Shown: positions 1 to 14,559 of the stretch, in pieces
Numbering within the stretch: the first letter of the stretch is position 1
Layout: every line of letters begins with the position of its first letter
NCBI RefSeq assembly: GCF_009914755.1
Contig: NC_060930.1
Strand: one strand, 5' to 3'
DNA from: the human T2T-CHM13v2.0 reference genome, Homo sapiens
DNA length: 64,000 nucleotides
The notes under the pieces: model-generated
Databases searched by the model: none
What the model was told of the DNA's origin: nothing
What the model saw: the letters and a program-made list of their open reading frames with translations, nothing else
Made by a program: the position numbers and the translations under genes

Positions 1-1562
1 GACTAGCCCCAGTATCGATACCTCCACCAACCCTAAAGGGAGGGAGGTGGCACATTTTAGCAGAGAATACTGGATTTGGAATTAGAAGCCTTTTGTTTTT
101 GCCTAGGTCCCTGCCCCTGGGACACTGGCCAACTCATTTAACCTTTCTTGATTTTCTAACTTCCCCATTTCTTTATTTGCGAGAGAAGTGTAACACTTCA
201 ACTCAATGTTTGATGAAAAATTGAGGTATGGAAAGACTCCACTGACTGCAAAGCACTGTTCAAAAGATACTACAATATATAAATAAAAATACTATTGTCA
301 GTGTGATCATGAGGGGCAGGTGATGCCAGCCACCATTTATGGCTGAAAGAATACTGGTTGACAGATGTAAAAGGTTTGGGAAAGTTCCAGGTAGCAAAGC
401 CAGGACACCTACATGTGATAGCAACTCTGGTAACAAGTCCACAGCCTTCCTTAGACACAACTAGGACAACCACCAGACACCTCAACAAAAGCCAGAGGTT
501 CAAATTGATAACGTAGTGTCCTTTCCAACAGGTCAGATCAGATTTTAGTGTTAAAAGATTTCTTGCTTTTTCCCACATGCTTATAAATAAGCTTTATCCT
601 TTTTTTTTTTTTTTTTTTTTTAAATTCAGATGAGAGCCTACCCTTCTCAGTCATACTGAAACTCCTGATACATTCTTCACATGGCTTCAGGATACTGGTT
701 GTATTTCCCCATTCTCTCAAAAACATGGGATCCAAATTGTGCAGAGGTGATTTCTGGAAATGATATGGAGCCACCTGGATCTGATTTCCTTCATTTTCCC
801 CTAAGACTTTAACACATTAACCATCACGACCACTGAAGGATTCAGATTCTTTTGTTGCTTTCCTTAGCACAGGAATATCCTTCCAGCGCTTCACACAGAA
901 TGACATGGCAAAATCTACAATTTATGTAAAGTTAACAGCCAGTTGTGAAGCTATACATCATTTTGCAGCAAGGTCTCCTTTCCTGGTGTCACTAGAGAAT
1001 GGTGCGCACCTGAAAGGCCAGCACCCTGGAGACATGTTAGCCTGTGGCTCTCCACAGTACCCAAGTGTTTTTCTATTCTCTAATACAAAGGGGTGGAGGA
1101 GCACAATTCAGATGCCCCACAATCAGCTAACGCAATTTCCTTTGCTCAGTGATCTCTTGAAAGGAAGCAGGTCACAGCTGGCAGGAGAGACTGCATGTTA
1201 ACTAGGTCAACCCCTGGGTTACTTTTGGGGAATCTGACCCGCTGTGAAGCTGGGGGCAGAGTTAAAGAGTTCTCCCCTCTGAAATCACAGTAAAGGGAAT
1301 CCTAAACCATTGATTTCCAACCTAAGATGTTTTCTTGGGTAATTCCAAGTATTTATACTTCAAGTATTATATCTTTCCTTTTTTAGTGAGATTCGTTATC
1401 TTTAAAGATGTTGGTTACTTTGGAGATGCTTACGAAAGTCATGGGAGTAGGATTTTCTGCCCTGGTCAGCTGAGTAAAAAAAAAAATGCAAATAAAAATG
1501 ATTGTTCACTGAGAAGGCAGGATTTCCTGACTTCTTCAGCAGAGCTAGGTGGGGAGGATACA

Positions 1563-2167
<605 letters not shown>

Positions 2168-2249
2168 TTCCCTCTCAGGCAGAGGGATAGGGCCTACCTC
2201 CATATATGATTACTGATTACTGAGTAGAAAATTTGTAAGACTTTAAAAG

Positions 2250-4900
2250 TCCAACAAGCTATTTACATTTCTGGACAAAATTGCAATAGGGACTGGTTTT
2301 TCCTCACTTGTTTTAAATAACAAAAAGGCAGACAAAATGATTGAAAAAAGTTTCCAGACATTGGAAAAGAGGCACATGAGACAGAGATCTCTGAGAAAAG
2401 AGAAATGTGACCCCTACAACTGCCCCAGCTTCCTGCCTGAAGTATGTTTTCAGGCTACACCACAGGGAGGGGAACCCGGAAAGCTCTGCAGTCCCCTTGA
2501 ATTGAGGAAACAACTGAGAATTTGAGGAGGCCAAGACAACTAGGATATGCAGGGTGGAGTACTAGAGAAGGAAGAACTCTGCTGATCTGTAGACAGCTCT
2601 CCTCAACTCTTCAACTGAGTATGAAGAGCAAATGCTCACACAACTACCTCAGGCCAGGTACAGAACCACTGGCAAGGAGCAGGTGAATCAATTACTGGAG
2701 GGGACTAGTTCCCATTCTCAGTAGCCAGAGTGGAGCTACCTAGTAACAGCTGGAGCACCTGGAGGAGAACTTGGAAGGTTATCGTGCCTGTTGTAAGGTC
2801 AAATTGATTAGCCCTAAACTAGAGGCTGAGATGGTTTTGCCTAACAAACTTCAAAAGCAAGCCTGGAAAGGATCAAAATGTTTCCAAGTTAACTCAGTTG
2901 TGTCCCAGTACAAAGCTCAAGAATACATATGTATTTATAATATAGTATAACATTACATATATATGTGTTTTTATGTATGGTTGTGTGTATACATATATGT
3001 CTCTCTCATCCAGTATCTAGCAACATAAAATTCAAAATGCCTGATGCCCAAGACACCTCAGTGATGAAAAATACAATGTCTGAGATGAAAAATACATTGG
3101 ATGGGATTAGCAGCAGAGGAGACACTGCAGAATAAAAGTTGAGTAAACTCGAACACATAATGATAGAAACTACCAAAATGAAACAGAAAAGGCAAGACCA
3201 ACACACACACACCGTACAGAGTCACAGGAACAGAGTCAAAGGTGAATGAATGAGGGAGACAGGGAAAAAAATTTGAAGAAATGACGACTGAAAAATTTAC
3301 AAACTTGAAAACTCAGGAAAGATATGTAAGACTTAAATAACATTTTCAACTACACCTAAATGACATTTATAGAACACTCCACCCAACAACAGCAGAATAC
3401 AATCTTTTAAAGTACACATGGAACATTATCACGATAGTTAGACCATAGTCTGGGCCATAAATCTGTCTCAATACATTTAAAATAATTTAAATTGTACAAA
3501 ATATGTTTTCTGACTACAGTGGAATTAAAATAGATATCAGTAAATACAAAGATACCTGGAAAATATCCCAAATATTTGGAAACTAAACAATATAATTCTA
3601 AGCAAAATACAAACCAAAGAAGAAATCAAAAGGGAAATGATAAAGTGGTTAACTGAATGAAAATGAAAACAAGACATATCAAAATGTGTAGGATACATCT
3701 AAAGGAGTGTTTAGATGGGAAACTAGTTTTTAGAAAACATTAAGCACTTACTGGATAAGAAAGGTCTGAATTCAATAACCTAAGCTCCTACCTTTATAAA
3801 TTAGAAAAAGAAAGCAAATGAAGCCCAAAGTAAATGGAGAAAACGACTATACTAATAGATATGAGAGCAGAAACGACTAAAGTAGAAATAGAAAACAATT
3901 GAGAAGATAAGTGAAATAAAAACCTAGTCATTTAGGAAAAAAAAGTTAATAAAATTGATAAACTCTACCCATGCTTATCAGGAAAAAGAGAAGATATAAA
4001 TTACCAGCCTCAGAAATGAAAGAGATAGGTTCTACAAACCTTAAAATGATAATATGGGGCTATTATAAGCAACTTTTTATGATAGTAAATTTGACAACTT
4101 AGATCAAAATAGAAAAAGTCCTTGAAAGACAAGCTACAAGGCTCACTCATGAAGAAATAGATAATGTGAAATAGCCCTGTATCAAATAAATTAAGTTTAT
4201 AATTAAAATCTTCCACACACATACACACAACCCTCCAGGACCAGAGAGCTTCACTGGTAAATTCTACCAAGCATTTAAGGAAGAAATGACAGCAATTCTA
4301 CATGAATTTTTCTAGAAAATAGAAAAGGAGGAAATCTTTCTCAAGTTATCCTGTAAGACCAGCATTGCCCTGATACCAAAACCAGACAAAAACATTACAA
4401 GAAAACTACAGACTAATAATCCTCATGATCACAGAAAAATTCTCAAAATTTTAGCAAATCAAATTCAACAATAAAAAGACAATAAATCATGACCACTTGA
4501 GGATTATCTCCAGATTGCAATGTTGGTTTAAAATTTCAAAATCAATCAATGTAATTCACCATATTAGCAGACTAAAAAAAAAAATCTGACTATCACAATA
4601 GCTGGAGAAAATGCTTTGACAAAATCTAACATCTAGTCATAATGAAAAGAAGAAATAAAAGCCTCTCAGCAAACTAAGACTAGAAGTGAACTTTCTCAAC
4701 TTAATAAGGACATCTACAAAAATACCTAATGCCAACATTATACTTAATTGGTGAAAGACTGAGTGTTAAATCCCTGAAGATTGGAATGAGGCAAGGATGG
4801 CTGCTCTTGACTTTTATTCAACAAAGTCCTGGAGATCCTGGCCATTTAAATAAGGCTCCCACCCCCACAAAAAAGGCAGAAATATTGGAAAGGAAGAAGT
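2250..4900 (+). mobile_element. Old L1M fragments (5' region, ORF1 and ORF2 remnants)
   Basis: A-rich degenerate L1 ORF2 sequence, e.g. acatttatagaacactccacccaacaacagcagaatac and ccagcattgccctgataccaaaaccagac. Confidence 0.8.
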
Positions 4901-5734
4901 ACAGCAAGCCTCCTCTTCTTCCTTCAGCCACAGTTAACAGTATCAATAGTGCTTCTCAGTTCTTCTATTGTGTAAGTATCAATTTAGCCTCACCTCCATA
5001 GGCTCATCCCACTGCCACATTCTCTCTTCTCCAACTATACATCATCTAATCTCAGCAAGGCTGTTACAAATAAGAACTAGTTCCAGTTTCTAAACGATGA
5101 CTTTTGGCAACAAGACTTTTATAGTTTGGCCACAAGAAAGATACTAACAGCTTTTTCTGTGTAATAATCACTCTGGGTAGTTGTCCTAGAGTATTGGGCT
5201 CTTGACACATGTTTAGTGTTACCAATAGCTATCAGGTAATTTCAAAAGCCTCTCTTTCCCCCCCCACGTTAAACAATAAGAAAAAGAGATTTCAACTTTC
5301 ATATTAAAAAGTATATACACACAGTGCAGTCATGGAACTTGCTGGAGAAAGAAAGATATGTGTGGGACCTCCTCTAATTCTGAGCCGGCCAACTCTCCTT
5401 TCATACCTCTTCCCAGCAAAGCATACACTGCCTTTTGGAATGTTGTGTGTTTCCACCTTTCCTGCCCACCACCCCTCCTTATTGAGATATAATTCACATA
5501 TATTAAAACTTGTCCTTTTATATGGTATGATTAAGGGCGGTTTTAGCATATTCATAACTCTGGGAACCAATTTTTGAGAAGACTTTTTTTCCCATTGAAC
5601 TGTCTTAGAACCTTTGGCAAAAATCAACTGACCATAAATGATTTATTTCTACACTGTCAGTTCTATTTCATTAATCTATATGGCTATCCTTATGTCAGTA
5701 CCACACTGTATTACTGTAGTTTGCTTTCTTTAAG

Positions 5735-5851
5735 TTGAGACAGGGTCTTCCTATGTTGTCCAGGCTGGTCTCAAACTCCTGGGCTCGAGGGATGCTCCTG
5801 CCTCAGCCTCCTGAGTAGCTGGGACTATAAGGTGCATGTCGCTCCATCTGG
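5735..5851 (-). mobile_element. FLAM / Alu monomer
   Basis: gagacagggtcttcctatgttgtccaggctggtctcaaactcctgggctc...gtagctgggacta. Confidence 0.8.
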
Positions 5852-6334
5852 TGATGACATTATTGTAGTTTTATAAGTTTTCAAATTGGGAAGTATAAAT
5901 CCCCTAACTTCTTTCTGAGTTCATCACTTTCCATATCAATTTTAGAAACAAATACCTTGTCAATTTTTACAAAAAGGGCAGCCAGAATTTTGATAAAGAT
6001 TGCATTGAATCTGTAGATTAATTGGGGGAATATTGCCATTTTAGCAATATTAAGTCTTCTGACCCATAACAATATTAAGTCTTCTAATCCATGAACATAT
6101 CTTTCCACTTATTTAGTTCTTCATTTCAGTGATATTTTATAGTTTCCTGTGTAAGTCATACTTTATTACTAAGCATTTTATTATTTCTGACACTATTGTG
6201 AATGAAATTTTCTTAGTTTAATTTTCAGATTGTTCATTGCTAGTGTATATAAATACAATTGATTTTCATATATTGATTTTGTATCAATGCAGTCTTGCTA
6301 AACTCATTTAATTAGCATTAACAGTTGTGTGTGT

Positions 6335-7103
6335 TCATCACTGGCCATCAGAGAAATGCAAATCAAAACCACAATGAGATACCATCTCACACCAGTTAGA
6401 ATGGTGATCATTAAAAAGTCAGGAAACAACAGGTGCTGGAGAGGATGTGGAGAAATAGGAACACTTTTACACTGTTGGTGGGACTGTAAACTAGTAAAAC
6501 CATTGTGGAAGTCAGTGTGGCGATTCCTCAGGGATCTAGAACTAGAAATACCATTTGACCCAGCCATCCCATTACTGGGTATATACCCAAAGGATTATAA
6601 ATCATGCTGCTAGAAAGACACATGCACACGTATGTTTATTGCGGCACTATTCACAATAGCAAAGACTTGGAACCAACCCAAATATCCAACAACGATAGAC
6701 TGGATTAAGAAAATGTGGCACATATACACCATGGAATACTATGCAGCCATCAAAAATGATGAGTTCATGTCCTTTGTAGGGACATGGATGAAGCTGGAAA
6801 CCATCATTCTCAGCAAACTATCGCAAGGACAAAGAACCAAACACCGCATGTTCTCACTCATAGGTGGGAATTGAACGATGAGAACACATGGACACAGGAA
6901 GGGGAACATCACACACCAGGGACTGTTGTGGGGTGGGGGGAGGGGGGAGGGATAGCATTAGGAGATATACCTAATGCTAAATGACGAGTTAATGGGTGCA
7001 GCACACCAGCATGGCACATGTATACATATGTAACAAACCTGCACGTTGTGCACATGTACCCTAAAACTTAAAGTATAATAATAATAAAAAAAAGAAAAAA
7101 AAA
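6335..7103 (+). mobile_element. 5'-truncated young L1 (L1PA3-like): ORF2 C-terminus, 3'UTR and poly(A)
   Basis: [18 protein letters not shown]...[11 protein letters not shown]; 3'UTR G-tract and cattaggagatatacctaatgctaaatgacgagttaatggg; TSD aacagtt(g/a)tgtgtgt at 6320-6334 and 7195-7209. Confidence 0.93.
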
Positions 7104-7194
7104 GAGTTTTCCTTTTCAACAGAGATGTCCAAACAGCCATGTAAATAAACCCTCAAGAAAATCTCTTAAAAACAAACAAACAAACAAACAAAAA
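7104..7194 (+). other. L1 3' transduction (about 64 bp non-L1 sequence plus a second A-rich tail)
   Basis: Lies between the L1 poly(A) and the 3' TSD; AATAAA at 7144-7149, then an (AAAC)n/A tail from 7168. Confidence 0.8.
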
Positions 7195-10100
7195 AACAGT
7201 TATGTGTGTGTGTTCCTTAGGATTTTTCTATGTAAAAGATCATGTCATTGATAAATGGAGATAGTTTTACTAATGCCTTTACAATCTGGATGCCTTTTAT
7301 AAGCTATAGTGCAATGGTGTATACAAATGGGTAGAGGGGTCATCTTGTCTTATTCTTGATCTTAGGGAAAAAGCTTTCGGCATTCAACTATTAAAAATGT
7401 TAGCTGTGAATTTTTCATAGATATGCTTTATCAAATAAATGAAGTTCCCTCCTATTCCTAGTTTATTGATCTTCTCTCTAGTGTTTTTATCATGAAAGAA
7501 TGCTGAATTTTGTCAGGTGCTTTTTCTGCATCTACTGATATAATTGTGCAGCTTTTGTTCTTTATTGTATTGATATGGTGTGTTACATTGATTTACTTTT
7601 ATATTTGAAATAATCTTATATTCCAGGGATAAATCTTACCTGCTCATGGTGTATAATCCTTTCTATATGTTGCTCAATTCACTTTACTAGTATTTTTTTT
7701 TTAAGGATTTTTGCATCTGTATTCAAAAGGGATATAGGTCTGTCTGTTTTTTTTTTTTTGTTTTTTTTTTTTCTTCGTGATGTCTTTGGTTTTGGTATCA
7801 GGGTAACATTGGCTTGGTAGAATTCCTTCAAAAGTGTTCCCTTCTATTTTTTGGAGGATTTGTGAAGAATTGGTAATTCTTTAAATGTTTGGTAGAAGTC
7901 ACCAGTAAAGCCATCTGAAAATGGGCTTTTCTCTGAGGGAAGTTTTGTTGATTATTAATTCAATCTCTCTGTTATAGGCCTATTTAGATTTTTTTGAGAC
8001 AGTTTTAATAGTCATTCCAATAATTTGTCCATTTTCATATAGGTTATCTAATTTGTTGCAATACAATTTTTTAAAGTATTCTCATAAAATTTATGTAAGG
8101 TTGGTATTAATATTCGTGCTTTCATTCCTGATTTTAGTAATGTGAGGCTTCTCTCCTTTTTCTTGACAGTCTAAGTAAAGGTTTCCCAATTTGTTGGTTT
8201 TTAAAAAACATTTTTATGGATTTTCTTATATTGTTTTTATATTCTGTATTTTTCTCTAATCTAATAACTTCCTTCTGCTTATTTTGAGTTTACTCTTCTT
8301 TTTCTGTTTTTTTATGGCAGAAGGTTAGGTTATTGATTTGAGATCTTTCTTCTTTTTAATGGAGGTATGTGAAGCTATAAATGTCCTGCTAAGCACTACT
8401 CTGGCTGTACCCCCATAGGTTTTCATATGTTGTTTTTCCATTTTCATTCTCTTCAAAATATTTCCCAATTTTCCTTGTGATTTCTTAACAAATTGATTTT
8501 TTTTAGGAGTGTGTGTATAATTTCCATATATTTGTGAATTTCACAAACTCCTTTCTGGTATTAATTTCTGATTTCATTCCAGTATAAACCAAGACCATAC
8601 TTTGTGTAATTTTAGTTATTTTAAATTGTGTCCTGCTTTATGGCCTAAGATGGTATATAATCTTGGAGAATGTTCCATTGTGCCTTTGAGAAGAAAGCGT
8701 ATTCCATTCTTGTTGGGTGGAGTGTTCTATAGATGTTTGTTACATCTAATTGATTTACAGTGTTTTTCAAGTCTTCTATCCCAGTTGATCTATCTAGTTG
8801 TTCTGTCTAGTATTGAAAGTGGGATGTTGATAGTTGCAATGATTATTGATGAATTATTTTTTCCTTCAGTTTTGTCATTTTTACTTTGTGTATTTTGGAG
8901 CTCTGCTGTAAGTCACGTATATGTTTATAGTTATATCTTCTTGACAGAGTGACCCTTTTCTCATTATAACTTTTTTTTGGTCTCTAGTAACAGTTCGTCT
9001 TAAAGTCTATTTTGTCTGGTGTTCATATAATCATTCCCGTTCTTTTTTTTTTTTTTTTTGGTTCCTGTTAGCATGATATATACTTTTTTCTCTTCTCTTG
9101 CTTTCAATTTATTTGTGTCTTTGAATCTAACATGTTTGTCTTGTAGACAGCATATAGTTGGATCATTTTTATACATCCTGTCCATCTGCCTTTTGATTGG
9201 GTTTTTTATCCAGTTACGTTTAATGTAATTACCAATAAATTGATTTACATTTGTCTTTTTGAAGTTTGTTTTCTACATGTCTAATGTTATTTTATTCCTC
9301 TATTTCTCTATTACTGCCTTCTTTATTATTAAACAAATATTTCCTAGTGTATGATTTTAATTCTCTTGTCATTTATCATTTGAGTTATTTTCTTAGAGGT
9401 TGCCATGGGGATTATAATTAACATTTCAATTTCTAACAGTTTAGTTCAGATTAATACCAACTTAATTTCAACAGGATAAAAAAACTTTGCCCCTACACAG
9501 ATCCATTCTTTGCCCCTCATTTGTGCTATTATTGTCATAAAAATTATATCTTTATACATTTTGTGCTCCTCAAACCAGATTTCTGATGACTGGTTTATGT
9601 AGCTGTTTTTCAAAACAGGAGAAAAGAGCTATAAAGATTACATTTATACTGCCTTTCAAAATTACCTATGTAGTTACTTTTACTAGTGTTCTTATTTGTT
9701 CATGTGGATTACAGTTCCCGTCTAGCATCCTTTCACTTTTGCCTAAAGGACTCCTTTGAGTATTTCTTGTAGGGCACATGTGCTAGCAATGAATTTTCAT
9801 GGTGTTTGTTAATTGGGAATATTTTCATTTCTCCTTCATTTTTGAAGGATAGTTTTGCTGGATACAGAATTCTTGGTTGATCTTTCTTTTTTTCCTTCCA
9901 GTACTTTGAATCTGTCATCCCACTGCCTTCTAGCTTCTGTGGTTTCTGATAAGAAATCAGTCTTTGTTAATAAACAATGGCTTATTAAAGAGCCTTTGTT
10001 AATCATATTCAGTTTTCTTTTGTTACTCTCAAGATTCTCTTCATGTTTGGTTTTCAACTGATTATGATGTGTCTAGGTATGAATCTCTGAGTTTATCCTA

Positions 10101-12944
10101 CTTGGAATCCACTGAGCTTCCTCGATGTTTAATGTTTTTCATACAGATTTGGGAAGTTCTAACATTTTTTTTCAAATATTCTTTTTGTCCCTTTTTCTCT
10201 CTTTTTCTATGACTCATAATATGTATATTAGTATATGTGAATAATAAGACTATGAGGTCCTGTTCATTTTTCGTCATTCTTTTTTCTGTTCCTTAAACTG
10301 GATCATATCAATTTATCTATGTTTCAAATTCACTAATTCTTCTGCCTGCTGAAACTGCTTTGAGCCCCTCTATTGAATTTTTTGTTTTTATTAGTGTACA
10401 TTTCAACTCCAGCATTTCTATTTGGTTCTTTTTAAAAAATATATAATTTCTATCTCTTTATTGATCTCTATTTGTGAGACATCATTCTCCCATTTTTCTT
10501 TAGCTATTTAGACATGGTTATCTTTAGTGGACTCCATATATTTAAAATATCTGATTTAAAGTTTTTACCTACCAAATATAATGTCCAGACATTTTCAGGG
10601 ACAGTTTCTATCAACTGCTTTCTTTTTTGTGTATTGGTCATGCTTTCTTGTTTATTTGCATGTCTTGTACTCTTTTGCTGAAAACTGAACATTTGAAATA
10701 ATATAATGTGACAACTCTGGAAATCAGATTCTCTAAGGTTAGTTGTTCTTTTATTGTTGTCATTATCGTTTTAGTGACTTCCTTGAACTAACTTTGTAAA
10801 GTCTGTGTTCTTTGCTGAGTGTGGGCAATGAAGTCTGTGTTCAGTTAGCTTAAGAGGTCAACTAAATATTGGACACAGATTTCCTTAAATGCCTGGAACC
10901 AGAGTCTCTCAGTCTTTGCCAAGATGCTCTGTGTCCATTTGGGCATGCTTTCAACACTCAGCCAGGCAATGTACAACTGCTTTAGTTTTCACTTCTTGAT
11001 TGCACAGGGGCTCACAGTACTAAGAGGGGGAAGACTGAGGACTTTGTAAGGATTTTCTTGAACAAGCACATAGCCCTGGGCATGCATATAGTCCTACACA
11101 TCCACAAGGCCTTCCAGAAATATGTCAGAGCTTTTCAAATGCCCCTACGGAATGAAGTTTTTTGCTTAGCTTGTTTGCCACAACTGTTATTGCCTCAGGG
11201 AGCTGTGATGGTAAACAATCACCACAAGCTGTTTTTGACAAACGCCCCCAGGGAAAAGCCTGTTTGCTCTAGTGAATGAGGTCAAATAAAGACAAGCCTT
11301 GTGAACAGGGTTTTCTAGGGAATTGCTGGACAGATCACATAATGACAATTCTCTTAAAATGGAGCTCTGAATGAGTTCCAACCCTGTTCTGCCCTTCTAG
11401 TAACTGCTATGCTGCTGGTTTTCACCACAATTACAGGGCTGTTGGTTTTCAAAGCTACCATGGAGGAAATGGAGAGAAGGGGATGGAAATAGGGCAAATT
11501 GATATACTACAATACTGCTCTTACCAAGATTTAGCCTTTTTTAAAAAAAAAAAAACAAAACTCCCCAGATTCTTGCATACTTTTAGCTAATTTCCATAGT
11601 TCTTAAGAAGTTGACTTTGACAAATTTTGCCAGTGTTCTCACTGTTTTTATGGATGAGAATATTCAGAAGTCCTTACTCTGTCATTCCCAATGACATTAC
11701 TCTTTTTGCAACCCCAAATCCCAGTACCACATTATAGGTAAGTATAGAAGAAAAACAAAATACTGTAATGTAGGGTTTGATGATTGAAAACAGAAAACTG
11801 CTACTTAACTACTTTTTTTTCCCCTGGCCCTGTACTTTCCAGCCCTGGCATCTCAAAACTATCCAAGTGAGAAACAAATGTGTTAGTAAAATTGATTTAG
11901 GAATCATTTCCACTAGATTTAAATCAAATATAGAAAGCAGAAAAGAAGGCTATATAAAGGAATGTTTCCTTTGCTTATTTACTATCCCAAATTGCCACTG
12001 TTTCCTGCAAGTGTTCCTTTATAATTTTCATGGCTCTAAGACTGAATGCTCATATGTCATGAAGTGTTCTTTCACAGCCATGATAGATTTTCTTCCAAAT
12101 CTACCCTTTCCTACTGAGTAAACAGAACCATAGCTTCCCGCATTTACTTCCAATTATAATTTAGAATTATTTTCTTCTGGTGTGGAAGAAGAATGAAAAA
12201 GCATGCCTTGGTTGTTAAACAGGTCTGTTAATCTGCTGACTACTGACTGAAACTTTATAATTGCTTCAAGGTGAAACTTAAGTAAAAGTCTAATTTTAAA
12301 AATTCCTCAAAAGGTATTTAGCAGTCATTATTTTCCATGGAAAAAAGTGAAACACTCTGCATTTCCAAGAAGTGTTCTTTATTTAATCTATAAACAATTC
12401 ATTTAAATCTCTACTCTGAAAAAACCATCATAGAAAACTGAATCTTCTAAGGAAACAATCAGGATGCTGAGCAAGGATGGAAAATCTGATCCTAATAACC
12501 AAACATAATATAAAGGGGTTTAATTAACTGAATACGGAAAATATCCATGAATTATTTTTTAGTGGGCACAACTAACACTGAAGTTTAGAACCAAAAAGAC
12601 TCTGATGGGAAATAAACCCTTCAGAGTTTACTTGTATATGCTGGGCATGGCAGAGTCAACATGCTTGACATGGCCTGGGTAAGAGGCCATGGTACTACTG
12701 AATTGGTCAAACTAAGCCACTCTAGTCCAACCCAGAAAATATAGCAGAGCATGGTGAAGAAGGTACTTATTCCCCAATCCTAGTGAAATAATTTTTTAAA
12801 TGGTAGCTCTTCAGGGATTCACTAATGAAGCTATTACATCACCTCCTAGTTTCACATGGAAGCTATGTTGGTTTCTGACTGGAAATCTTCAGAGTTTCCT
12901 AAAGACCTATTTTAATGAAATAGTGTGGCGGGGAAGGACGGTAG

Positions 12945-13165
12945 TTGAGTAAAGGCTTGTAACTTGGAGGGCTTGAATTCAAATCCTTACTCTGCCATCT
13001 ACTATTAAAGTGACTCAGGAAGGTACTTTCACTGTTCTGTGCCTTGGTTTACACAAATGTAAAATGCAGATAGCTATCATCTTATACGGTTATTGTAAAT
13101 CTTAAATGAATATATGTAAACAAATATTTACCTGGAAACATAGTAAGCATTCTTTGTTAAGCATA
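12945..13165 (+). mobile_element. MIR
   Basis: ttcaaatccttactctgcca...ctgtgccttggtttacacaaatgtaaaatg core. Confidence 0.7.
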
Positions 13166-13239
13166 ATCATTAAAAAAGAGCATTCTTATTCACCAATCTA
13201 AAGGATGTTATCTTTCATTTTTCATCTTCCTTTTGATAT

Positions 13240-13740
13240 TATTCACTCATTCAGAAGCTCTTTAGGGGCCCATTGCTGGTTTTCAGTATTGGTAACACAA
13301 TACTGAATGTGGTCTCTGCCCTCTGGCAACTCCTAGTTTAATTAGAAGAACAGATATGGGCACAGCTGTGCCACAGATGCTATAAAAGGTGTAAGTAGAG
13401 AGCTTTGGGAGCACAGGAGTTGGAGAAGCAAATGCTATCTGACTAGAATGAGTAAGGGCTTTGGAGACACTGAAATCTGAGAGGGACTTTGAAGCATCCA
13501 TGTAGAGGAAGGGAGACCTGTGAGGCCAAGTCTTAGGCTGGAGCAGCAATGATGGGTGACAAGGCTGTCAAGTTGCTTGTGCCCAGGACTCTGCACCCTA
13601 CTCTGTGGCAGGCAACCTTGGCTCCAGATTGTAATCAAAAGTCAATTTTAGGAAAATTTCTCTGGCAGCAGTATGGTAACTGCCTGAGGTAGAGAGACCA
13701 GCAAAGTGTCTGCTGCACTAGATGGTTCAGGTAAGAGCAG
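13240..13740 (-). mobile_element. L2 fragment
   Basis: attcactcattca terminus followed by degenerate L2 3' sequence. Confidence 0.55.
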
Positions 13741-14559
13741 ACAGATGGGCCCCACCGGGGGTGTTCAGCACAGGTACAGAGAGTGCTGGAGAAGGTCACC
13801 AGTGCAGGCCTGGACACTGGGACAAAGAAGGAGCTTACATCAGAACCTGGAAGGCATTTCACTCTTTCACCCAAGACACAAAAGAGAAGGAGCAGGATTG
13901 GGGTGGTCCAACTCTCACTCCATGGCCAGGCAGTTTTCCCCCGACCCTCTGCCTCTTCTGCAGAGCTATGGGTTCTTCCTGGACATTTCCTGTAGGCTCT
14001 CTTACCATCAAGTCCTGGTCTTAAGTACCTAGAGTAACCTGTACGCTCTCCTCTGTACAGGTTTTTCTCCTTCTCACTCCTTCAAAGGGGCTTCTAACAG
14101 CGCTGATGGTTTCTGCATGCAAAATCCTGTAGCCAAATCTTACCTTACATTGGCTTTGAACCTTGGTGTAGCCTGAAGATATGTTCAGGCCAAGACTGAC
14201 ATGAATGTGGTGGCGGCGGGGGTGGAGCTGCTCAAGGCACCTGCCTGTAAGACTGTCCACGCTTCCCCACTTTAAAAAGAACTGTGGGTAAAACACACTG
14301 TCCTAAGGTACAAAGGCATAGATACCTGAGATTCAATTTCAGCTTGTGTTTCCATAAGCCAGCCATGACCTTTGTAATCCTGTGTTCCTCCCTGCAAATG
14401 CTGATGGGGAAGCACAGGGAGAGACTGGCCAGGGACCAGGCTTCTGAGCAAGGATCAAACCATCCATGCTTCTCCAGCCCTGCTGTCAGTTTACCTCTGG
14501 TCATCTACTTGTCAACAGATCTAACTCCACTTTTTAATTATCATTATTATGTAATTTAT

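Larger units (their letters stand above)
5478..11700 (-). mobile_element. Old L1M element (3' end, ORF2, ORF1 remnant, 5' region); host for younger insertions
   Basis: Minus-strand ORF remnants: MAIFPQLIYRFNAI, KNDPTICCLQDKH, PRILYPAKLSFKNEGE. Confidence 0.85.

Noticed and set aside
1-1560. Next B3GAT2 exon or 3' end of the neighbouring gene (SMAP1, from memory of the human locus)
   Set aside because: No matching coding sequence recognised in this stretch; these probably lie just outside the window.
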